A DNA stretch of 64,000 nt from Chrysemys picta bellii (lineage: Eukaryota), in NCBI RefSeq assembly GCF_011386835.1, contig NC_088799.1, forward strand, positions 100,316,001 to 100,380,000, read 5' to 3'. Below the pieces are notes generated by a model that saw nothing but the letters and a program-made list of their open reading frames with translations, was not told where the DNA came from and searched no databases. Numbering within the stretch: position 1 is the first letter of the stretch; the number at the start of each line of letters is the position of its first letter. A program made the position numbers and the translations under genes. Positions 11,713-22,546 of the stretch are shown here, one piece after another.

Positions 11713-14088
11713 TTCAGAAACAAACTTTATTTGATTTTTCAGACATGTAAATTGGAACCTTGAGTCCTGGTATCTTGTTCTGAATCATGGCTCAACACTA
11801 GTTTTTACTTTTTTTCACTGCATGAAGTGTTATATCTATTTAACTCTACAGGACTATTAAAGGTGGTGGAAAAGTTTTGCGAACTGTTCTTAGAGTAGAC
11901 CCTACCCAATGTCCCTTCTTTTCTATTTGTGCATCATATACTGAGCATTAGAAACATAACGATGATTGTTTACATTAAATATGAGCACTGTATGCCTTGC
12001 TATAGCACTAATTCCATCTCTGACTTCAATCCACTTTCAGCCATGCACAGGTGTAGCCTACTTTGGAAATGACCAACTTCCAGCCATCTCAAAAAAGGAA
12101 GAGTTTCTAAGATTTTAAAAGTAGTAAATGAAATTTACTTAATGATGAATAAGATTACAAAATATGCTCGATTCTCACTGTGCTTAAAACATTAGTGAGT
12201 ATTAGTATGTTTTTCCATTCAAGTCTCAGTCCGAAGAAAAATCACGAACATCTATTCCATTCATCACTTTCAAAACACACACATACAAACTGCATTTCAT
12301 CAGGCTCACGTTTTAGTTGCCGCAAACAGTGCATCACCGCCCTGGCTCGCCTGCCAGTGTTTTAATGCAGGGGCTATTGTTCTAAATGTTAATCCTAGCA
12401 ATTAGAGAAAGGCAAGTTTAAGAAAGGAAACAGCTGTGATTCCTTTGCTAAGCGCTCACTCATATTCATCCCTCAGCTGTATCCTAATATAAATAACCTT
12501 TTAATATCGCCACACAAAGTCTCTGTTAAGACTGGGGGGTTGTATAAACGTAATACTTTATCTGCATGTTTGTTTTTTCCTTCTGCATCGGTCACTATTT
12601 TACTCCTTAGTAAAGGAAAGGAAATCAGATGGCTGTTAATTAGAAAGCATTTATGATGGTGATGGCACAACAGATGTGAAAGTACATCAGATTTTCAGCT
12701 TTCTGGCATTTACTAGCATGTTTTTAATAACTGAAAGCCTTCTGTAATGAATTCCTGTTTACTGAGAACCACCCACAGCACCATGGGAGAGAAGTTTTCC
12801 TGTGATTTGTATCTCAATCATAAGAAAACAGAACAGACTCATGGTGTATTGTACAAAGGGAATACCAGGCATGTCGATGAATCATCCTTTACAGGAAAAA
12901 GTCCTAGAGAATTTAATAAAATGTGTGTTTTTTTAAAGGGTGGGTTGTTTTTTGGGACCATCCTATATAATTTAAAAGAACAATACAATTCTATCAGATG
13001 GTTCAGAAAACCTACAGAAAAATTATTATTCTCTATCATATTCTATAGGACTATTATATTTCTATAGAATCCTATTTTGTATATTTTTATCTAACAGCTT
13101 TGGAGCCAAGGGGTACCAAATACATTTAAATAAGGGAGAGATTCTGGCACCAAAGGATTATTTTCCTTCAGTTGGTTCATTATAATTCAGACACTGAATG
13201 GAAGAAAATGATTTGTTAGAGGGCAACAATCTTGCTCCTAGTTGTTCAGGTAAGGGTTACCCTTTGGTGAGGTTAGGGAGAGCTGCAAACATTGAAACTG
13301 AGAAGATACCTCAGTGATGTGTCAGGTCCACAAAGTGCAATGGGAATTAACTTGAACCCATGAGCAGGAAAAATAGAGCAAGCAGTTTGAAATCAAGCAT
13401 GGGACCAGGTTATACGCAATTCTGGAAAAGCTCCTACATATAAAAAGCTTTTCACATATGGAATTAAACAGCCCAAAAGAACAACAGAAAAAAGTAGAAT
13501 GAATCATTTCAAGAGCATTTATTGAGCTTGCCAGATTTCTGGAGGGGTTTTTCTAGGGCTTTTTTATGGGCAGGCCTGAATGAACCACCCGACCTTCGGA
13601 TCTGTTTGTCTCACATTGTCTCTCTCATACACATAAGTACAGAACACAGCTAGGTTTAGCTTCCTGAGTTACCCAGGGCGTGATGTGATTTGTCATGTCT
13701 TCATACATTACACTGTGCCTGGAGTGCGGTGGATGAGTGCAAGTGCGGAGGACAAGTTGATGTAACTTACAACCCTGCTCTTGTCCCTTCAGTGTAACAG
13801 GAAGAGCATGAAGGTGTTAGAGTAGGAGAAAGAATGCTCCCACTGCTTTCATTGGTCTATTGACTTCTTATACCCTTCCGTATCCCTGGCCTGGAACTTA
13901 CACTCACACTAACTTGCCAGCATAAGACTTACACCACTATTTATGTCACTTCTAAATTTGACTCAGTGTTTCAGCTTCTCTCTGAGGGAACAAATCAGTT
14001 ACATTTCTGTACATCAGCCTAACCCTAGTGATTGATAAATCCCAGGCAAACCAGAAGAGTTCATTTGTCACCTGTTCTCTTTCTGGAC

Positions 14089-15219
14089 TAGGGTTACCAT
14101 ATTTCAGCAAGAAAAAAAGAGGACGGGAGGAGCCCCGCCCTAGCCCCGCCCCTGCCCCTCCCACTTCCCGCCCCCCCAGAACCCCCAACCCTCCCCCCGT
14201 TCCTTGTCCCCTGACTGCCCCCTCCTGGGACCCCTGCCCCTAACTGCCCCCCAGGACTCCACTCCCTATCTAAGCCTCCCTGCCTCTTGTCCCCTGACTG
14301 CCCCAACCCTTATCCACACCCCCACCCCCAGACAGACCCCTGGGACTCCCACGCCCCATCCAACCACTCCCCCCCCCCCTGACAGCCCCCCCCCAGAACT
14401 CCCAACCCATCTAAACCCCTCTGCTCCCTGTCCCCTGACTGCTCCGATCCCTCTCCGCACTCCTGCCCCCTTACAGCCCCCCCCAGAACTCCCAACCCAT
14501 CTAAACCCCTCTGCTCCCTGTCCCCTGACTGCTCCGATCCCTCTCCCTACTCCTGCCCCGACAGCTCCCCCCCAGAACTCCCAGCCCCCCACCCCACCCC
14601 GCTCCTTGTCCCCTGACTGCCCCCTCCTGGGACCCCTGCTCCTAACTGCCCTCCAGAACCCCACCCCCTACCTAAGACTCCCTGTTCCTTGTCCCCTAAC
14701 TGCCCCCTCCTAAGACCCCCCCCAACTGCCCCCCAGGACCCTACCCCCTACCTGTACCCTGACTGCCCAAAACTTTCTCCACTCCCCCCAAAAAGCCCCC
14801 CCCCCCCCGTTTCTTGACTGCCACCTCCAGAACCTTCCTGCCCCCTGACCTCCTTACCCTGCTGCTCAGAACAGAGTGTTGGGCTCTGTGCAGCCGAGCC
14901 GGACACGTGGCTGAGCTCCCCAGCACAACAAAACCCGGTCCCTGGCCCTGCACAACAAAACCCGGTCCCTGGCCCTGCACAGTGCTGCCGGACTGGGCTG
15001 CAAGGGAGCTGCCGGCTCAGAATGCAGGGCGGATCCGGCTCCTCTACAGCTGCTCCTGAGTCCAGCCCGGGACTTCCCTGCAGCCCTCCCAGCCGCTCGC
15101 TCTGCTCTGCCGGGGGGAAATCCCGGACATTGTGAGTGCTTTACAAATTCCCCCCGGACGCTATTTTTAGCACAAAAAGGAGGACATGTCCGGGTAAATC
15201 CGGACGAATGGTAACCCTA
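14089..15219. mobile_element. Non-autonomous hAT-type DNA transposon with C-rich tandem-repeat interior
   Basis: Perfect 12-bp TIR TAGGGTTACCAT...ATGGTAACCCTA and perfect 8-bp TSD TTCTGGAC (14081-14088 and 15220-15227). The Pro/Gly-rich ORFs here come from low-complexity sequence. Confidence 0.92.
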
Positions 15220-16433
15220 TTCTGGACTAAATATCTGCCCACATACGAAAGTGAAAGAATAGTGAATGGTTTTCAGAAACAACTCTGAAACCTGACACCG
15301 TCCCAATCCACAAGCACTAACTTATCGAGTACCACACAAAAGCTTATCTCCTTAGCACAGGAATCCTGTTAAGCGTTACACATCTCACAAACCCTTTCTC
15401 TAGGAGCTGATAGTCTGCTACCCCTGTAGCTTTCCAGAGCCAAGACTCTTAACTCTTTTGGTTAGGACAACTGGGTCTTCCATCACTATAGCCAGCTGAT
15501 CAGCCCCATCGCTGGGCAGCCCATATCCAGCCCCAAAATTACTTTACCAAGGGGAGTATCCCAACTAGGAGACTCGTTCCAGGCCTTGTTGCCTGGTTGT
15601 CATGCCAAATCCATAAGATCAAACAAAGCTAGTGATCAGAAGCTAGTGAGTCAGCATCATCAAATGCCAAACCAGACATGCCTCCTGGCTAAGAATAAGG
15701 CACGGTCTTTTCTGCAAGAGGTTATGGCTCATTGTTTTTGAAGGAACGCTCTAGCTACTCACCATGGTGTGCTTGGCCAGTGTATGCTCAGCACACCTGT
15801 ATGCTTTACATAAATCGCTTTTCCTCTATAGTTCAAACACGGCACCTGATTCGCTTTTCCCGGTGCACTATTTTGCTTTTTAAATCTTCAGGTACAAGTC
15901 ATCCAAGAGATGGTAAGCACGAGACAAGAGCCACAACATTCCGAATGTTCGTGGTGGACTGAGACTGGGGCTGGAAGAAGTCACATGGCAAGACAATGTT
16001 CATTTTGTAGCTGCTACAAACAGAGATTATTTTTAATGTGAATGTTATTGTCTCCGGCAGACTTCGCCCCACCAGTGTGTAGGATTTCAGAATGCTTTAA
16101 ATAAGATCTGGAGGCTAAACGTGTGTTAGTCATTGTCCACATTACTTGAGGGTGAGGGGCAGACTCTGCATTTATTGCTAGTATGCAACAGCTGTTTTGT
16201 GTTTATAAAGATTTATTCAATGACAGGCGGCAGGTAAGGAACCATAGAGGAAAACAAACTAGACCAGAGCAGGGTTTTCAGAGCTCTGGCAACCATTGTT
16301 AAATCAAAAGTTATCTACCTTAAAAAAGGAATCTATAACACAAATAGGGTTTTAAACAATGTACAGTTCTCACATGCTTGGCAGATAATATTATTCCATT
16401 GAAGGTAACTCAGAACTAATTGAAGCGTTACAC

Positions 16434-16767
16434 CAGGGATCGGCAACCTTTAGAACGTGGCTCGCCAGGGTAAGCCCCCTGGCTGGCCGGGCCGGTTTGT
16501 CTACCTGCTGCATCCACAGGTTCGGCCAATCGCGGCTCCTACTGGCCATGGTTCGCCGGTCCAGGCCAATGGGGTCTGCAGGAAGTGGCAGCCAGCATGT
16601 CCTTCGGCCCGCACCACTTCCCGCAGCCCCCATTGGCCTGGAGCGGCGAACCGCAGCCAGTGGGAGCCGCAATCAGCCGAACCTGAGGATGCGGCAGGTA
16701 AACAAACTGGCCCGTCCCGTCAGGAGCTTTCCCTGAACAAGCGGCGGCCCTAGTTTGAGAACCACTG
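16434..16767. mobile_element. hAT-type MITE with long internal fold-back
   Basis: Termini CAGGGATCGGCAACC and GTTTGAGAACCACTG; TSD CGTTACAC/CCTTACAT (6/8); internal inverted repeat about 16490-16715. Confidence 0.85.
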
Positions 16768-19381
16768 CCTTACATGATACACTGTGCAAGATTTGTTGCA
16801 ATAGTATAACAATGGTAATATCAACGATATAAAATAGTCATCTTTAACCATACAGCATCACACACACCCTCAGTTAAAGGCAGGTGTATGCCCTGAAGCA
16901 GGAGGGTTTATCCTTTCCATAACTCTTGGGTAGTGTTTTAAATCATTACTATTATTAAATGCAGGGTCTGACTTCAGTGGGAGTTACAGGTGCTCAGTAG
17001 CTGCTCACTTCCTCTCTGGACTAAGACCAGGTAAAGGAGAATGTAACAAAAATCCCAAGCAGAAATTCTGACTCAGGAAGTGCTGACCCACCACAACTGC
17101 ACAATTGTCTACCCCACACATCCATCACGTTCTGCTGAAATCCAAGATTGGTCACATGGAACAGGCTCCCTCCTTTTCATCTAATGATGGTGACAGAATA
17201 ATGCAAGGAGGGCTGAGGAAGCTACCATCCGAGCACCCCAAATACCGGGACCCTACATTCAGGAATAGTGTAATCCTTCACTATGTCAAGACTCCTCTTT
17301 CTTGGCATGCCAAAAAATATAATGGGCCAAATCCTGACATCTTTAATCAGTCTTTATCTAGGCAAAACTACCCGAGGGATTGAGTTAACACTGAGGACCT
17401 CAGACTTTGGCCGTACGTTTCAGTTGTACTAGGAGATCCTAAACTGCATCTTTTGGTTGAGTCTTGAGGATCTAGATTTCTAGAACAATTGCTTATTCAT
17501 CTTGTTTACCTTTTAATCAAAAATGCCCTCTTGGCTGCACTGTAGTACCCTGTAGGCCTGATTACAGGGAATGGAAACCCAAAGTTCTTCTCCACGTGCT
17601 TCCTAAATTTCCCCCTACAGTATAAAACAGATAAGATATTCTGCCTTATTTCCTCCGTCCTCAGGACACTTGCTGTTTAGTTTTACTGCATACTGTTAAT
17701 CGGGTGCCTCAGAGATGGCAGGTGAAGTAACACCTGTATATATAGAGACAGTCAGATTCACCAGCATGCTTCAGCTGCCAGTTAAGTTTGTGGCTACTTT
17801 GCATCACTGGCACACCACAAAGCAGCCAGAGCACAGCGATGAATGTGGCTCACCGTTTGGGAAGCACTCTAGAATCCTGCAGGACAAAAGGCTCTACATG
17901 TATGGAATTACATAGGATCGTTTTATTATTTAATTTGTTTTGTATTCCAAACCTATCCCAGAATCAAGGGGATGACCCCGCCGCAGTCTAGCACCATCCA
18001 GAAGAAGAAATTTAGATCAATTCTGCTTTTGGGGCCAAGGTTTTAAATGTACATTTTAAACTATCAGACTTTGCCAGGCAACCAAAGTCTAAGGAGTCCA
18101 CAGCCAGCTTCTTCAAGGCTCTGTTACAGATGCAATGCAATTTTTAGCATGTCTGTAATTTCGAGTGTGTGCAAAAATAAATGTATATATCACACACTTC
18201 AAAGACCATTTTTCATAGAACTGTCTCCTGCCATATATGATGGTAGGCAGTGGTAATTGGAGGTAGTTCTCATAGGCCTTATCTACTTCAGTAATTTGCT
18301 CCAATTCCAATAATCAATGGCCAGACACCAGTGTAGCCGCATGGGGCAAGTGCCCACTGTAGACAAGAAAATCCATGATTTGCACTGGTGTAGTTTACCA
18401 GCTCCACTGATTCTTTTGCACCTTTGCTGTCCATATCAGTGATGCAGCTAAACTAACAGATTAAACTGGGACTAATTCCCATTGCAGTTGAGGCCTGAGA
18501 AGAATTTTTTTTAAAAGTATGAACAACTAGTTCAGAAGTTGGTAGAAGCTGAAAGACTCCAAGTGATGTGCATGAGTGTGATACTTACAGTGAAAGGAAC
18601 AAGCAAACTCACAGTGTGGGACATTGTAAAGATCCTGAAGCTGCTGGAAGGCAGCCAGAAGTCCATGTCTGCTCAAGTGAGAAAAGTGTACCAGACCTAG
18701 ATCCACCCACTTAGACAAGACCGGAGCTGTCTGGCCAGACGACATGCCTGGATTACTATCCAAGGTGGCCAAGTGCCAAAGAGGATTTTTAATCTCCAGA
18801 TGCTTTTAAAATAAAAATAAAGACTGTGCAATAAACTGGCCTTGAATGGACAAGCCAAACAGCTGGCTGATATGGGCTAGATGGCTGGGCAATAAAATTT
18901 TTCATTTCAATCTGATTCATTGTGAACCCTGGCAAGCTCTCTTCTAACCCAGTGTATAGCTCACTGTTCAGAATGCAGTCATGCCCTCCTCTGCTGCGAG
19001 GCGGGCAAGCTCTGCTGAGTGCTAGCCAAGAATTTCCTTTTTTCCATATCAAATTGTCTCACCATTTTTGTATGCTTTGGGCAAATGAGCTGGCAACTAC
19101 CCAGATGGAGTCAAAGGGTTTGGGGGGAAAGGTCATCTACACCACATTGACTATGCTTATAAATGCATTCCACTTTGATAAGGAGGAGAATAATGCACTG
19201 CACTTGGATCTGAATACTGTGCATTCAAAGTATAGTCATTGTAATTACACTGTTAGATAAGACTTATTTCATGAACATGCTTTGGAGATACCACACACTC
19301 CCAAATGCCCGGAATGTTTGGGGTCCACATTGTAGCAATGCCTACAGAGTTTGTCTTTCCCTCACCAAACACATCAGCCTT

Positions 19382-20310
19382 TGTGATAAATGGAGGGTGG
19401 GGGTAGCTCCCTTTTATGGACACCCAGCCAGCCAGTAGCTATAAAATCCCTCTTAGTAACTGTTCTCTAATTGCTCTACCTGTAAAGGGTTAAAAAGTCT
19501 CACTGCTGTGCATAGGTAAAAGGAAGTGAGTGGGCACCCGGCCAAAAGAGCCAATGGGAAGGCTAGAACTTTCTAAAATTGAAGAAAGACTCCCCTTTTG
19601 TCTGTCTGTTTTTGTTCTCCCGGGGAGAGGCAGACAGGGCAGAGCTATGCTGTAAGCAGCTTTGGCCAGGTATGAAAAAATCATCAATATCATACCTAGA
19701 AACTACTAATTTAAAACCCCAGATATGCAAGCAGATCAGGAAATGTCTAGGAAGACGTGATTAGGTTTGATTTCTTTATGGCTTGTGGATTCTTCTGTGC
19801 TAACCCCAAGTGCTTTTGTTTTGCTTGTAACCTTTAAGCTGGACCTCAAGAAAGCGATTCTTGGTGCTCGATTCTTGTAGTTGCTCTTTTAAAATCGAGC
19901 GATAGCCTGAGTTCACAGATGTATTTTCTTTATTTTTTTAATTAATAACATTTTCCTTTTTTAAGAACAGAATTGGATTTTTGTGTCTTAAGAGGTTGTG
20001 CATATTGTTTAATTAGCTGGTAGCAACAGCTGATTTCCTTTTTTTTATTTCTTTCTCAGCGCTTCCCTGGAGGGGGGGGTGAAAGGGCTTGAGGGTACCC
20101 CACAGGAAGGAATTCCCAAGTGCGCCTTCTTGGGCTCTCAAAGGGGTTCTGCACTTGGGTGGTGGCAGCATCTACCAATCCAAGGTCAGAGAAAAGCTGT
20201 AACCTTGGGAGTTTAATACAAGCCTGGAGTGGGCAGTATTAATTTTTAGAATCCTTGCAGGCCCCCACCTTCTGCACTCAAAGTGCCAGAGGGGGGAATT
20301 AGCCTTGACA
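19382..20310 (+). mobile_element. Solo LTR (929 bp)
   Basis: TGTGATA...TTGACA (TG...CA) termini; perfect 5-bp TSD GCCTT (19377-19381 and 20311-20315); TATA-like GCTATAAAAT near 19438. Confidence 0.88.
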
Positions 20311-21169
20311 GCCTTAAACACATTGATCCTATGAACATTTATTTCAAAATTAGGAAAGTTGGGTCTTTTTTCCTTTTCAAAGTTGTGCTGGTTTAACCAG
20401 AGGTGTGTTTCTAAATCAACGTGGTTAAGTAGTACTTAACCCAGTGTGGACTCTCTTCGTTCAATTTAAACCTGATTTATACCCGTTAAACTTAATTTTA
20501 AGCTACAGAGTGTCCACACTGGGTTTTGCGCCACTTTAACTAAACTGATTTAAACACACATCTTTAGTTAAGCTGATGCATCTTTGAATAGAGATGAGGC
20601 CCCAGCCAATTCTCTGCTTTGTGTAGGTGTGAATTAGAGGGACCTGACTCCAACTCGTATTGTTGACAAGTAACAAGTTAATTTTTCTAAACTGGCCTCT
20701 AAACTTGATGCTCACAGTTTTGGTTGTGCAATTCATGGACCTCAAAACTCTGATGTGTGTATGCAAATCAGGTTCTGCATTTAACTTCCTGATCTGCCTA
20801 TACAAATGCTGTTTGCATGAGCAAATCAGAGGTGTGGGGCAGCCAGAATATTTGGTTGCCCAAAACTGCAAACCCAGGAGCATTGTGAGCATTCAGATTT
20901 AGAGACCAGGCTGAGGCCACATTGGAAATATGTTCCATATTACCTAAGCTGAGAGATAAAGTCTGTGAACAGAAGGGAGAAAGTACACTAGCTTCCCTAA
21001 CGGAACCAACCCCTGTCCCACAAGAGCAAGTGCTCTGAAATGGGGGAGGGAAAATAGACTCAAGCCCATCTGCACTGGTAAAGAATATCTGAGTTTATTA
21101 CAGACAGAAACTGTCAGTACCTCCCTGGGAAGAAGCTAGCTATTGGCAAAGAGTCCAATGTATCCTCAA

Positions 21170-21954
21170 AAGCCAACACTACTGGCCTTGTCCATTACAA
21201 AATAAAGATGCATGTAAACTTCACCCAGAAACTAGGAGGAGCGACCTTGGGAGCTGAGGCAAAAATCCTACGGGCCTCTTCATTAGCCCTGTTTATTCTG
21301 TCACAGAGCAATACTCTATTGTCTGGACATACAGCTCCCACACATCACTCATCAATTCTCACCTTAACACCACAATAGGGATCATTATGTGCACAGAAAA
21401 ATCAATGCCACAACTATGGCTTCCTGTACTGGTGCACATCTACCAATCCCAAATTCATTGTGACCTGAGATTCCTTTGGGAGTTCCATTGTATTCAAGGG
21501 AACAAATATTTCCCAATATATGAAGACCTAAATAATGTACCAAGATTCCATCTCAAATATAGAAAACGTTTTTGGCTTTCAGTGCAAAAGCTTGAAGACT
21601 CAGGGTCCGTCCCACCTGCCCAAAGATCAATGGCGAGCAAGTTGAAAGGATGACAACATCCCAAACAAATAGCTCATCAACCAGAGAACCCAATGGCCTT
21701 TCCCTCCCATGGAAACTATGGTGCACTTTGAACCTGCACATCACATGGCAGATGCACCTACCTCCTCCATAAATGGGGACTGAGACACAATCCTATTTGT
21801 GACTGCATAAATGGACTTCAAACTACAGAACATGTTGTCAATCAATGTTCCAAATAATCATATCCCGGTGGTTTCTTTGTCATCCACTCTGTGACACCTG
21901 AAGCAATCCAGCTTGAACATCTAATGTTCCTGGTTTTAAGCGATACGAAAGAAG
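21170..21954 (+). mobile_element. Ingi/Vingi-like non-LTR retrotransposon 3' fragment (degenerate)
   Basis: Manual translation gives KIKMHVNFTQKLGGATLGAEAKILRASSLAL...HLNTTIGIIMCTEKSMPQLWLPVL, then GLSLPWKLWCTLN / HGRCTYLLHKWGLRHNPICDCINGLQTTEHVVNQC (C-terminal Cys/His knuckle); 3' end GATACGAAAGAAG. Confidence 0.75.
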
Positions 21955-22260
21955 TTGCCTTGCAAATTACTACCCACTCTTTAACCTCCCTTTCTTTGAT
22001 AAAGTAACAACAACAAAAGTGGTAGGAAATAGTGACTGCAGTCACTATCTGGTTTAGGTTTTTTTTCATATATAAAAACTTCACTCCAGCACTTCACTTC
22101 CCCAGTGAACTGATTACTTCATCTGAACTGATCTTCTTAATTGCTTCATTCTCTGTGGAAATTATTGCCTCCTACTCACTCTTTGCTGGCTAGTTGTGTT
22201 TCTGTAGTAGATTTTTATTCTTTAGAAGGCATGGCGTAATCCTTCTTGGAAAGGTGACTG

Positions 22261-22546
22261 GGGCTTGGTCTACACTAAACCCCCAAATCGAAGTAAGGTA
22301 CGCAACTTCAGCTACGTGAATAACGTAGCTGAAGTCGACGTACCTTACTTCGAACTTACCGCGGTCCACACCCGGCAGGCAGGCTCCCCCGTCGACTCCG
22401 CGTACTCCTCGCGGCGAGCAGGATTACCGGAGTCGACGGGGAGCACTTCTGAGTTCGATTTATCGCGTCCAGACAAGACGCAATAAATCGAACCCAGAAG
22501 TTCGATTGCCTGCCGCCGAACCAGCACGGTAAGTATAGACAAGCCC
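22261..22546. mobile_element. PIF/Harbinger-like MITE with three internal hairpins
   Basis: Termini GGGCTTGGTCTACACT...AGTATAGACAAGCCC; CpG-rich; three internal palindromes. Confidence 0.85.

Noticed and set aside
14094-14713. Long Pro-rich and Gly-rich ORFs (169 aa, 132 aa)
   Set aside because: They arise from C-rich tandem repeats inside a TIR/TSD-bounded transposon; low-complexity frames lack stops by composition.
14920-14985. CRISPR-like direct repeats
   Set aside because: Adjacent tandem copies without unique spacers, in a eukaryotic transposon, with no cas genes.
18527-18772. Minus-strand ORF ending near GTGAGT/GTAAGT donors
   Set aside because: Poor exonic context at the donors (CACT|GT) and no recognisable peptide; weaker than the candidates reported.
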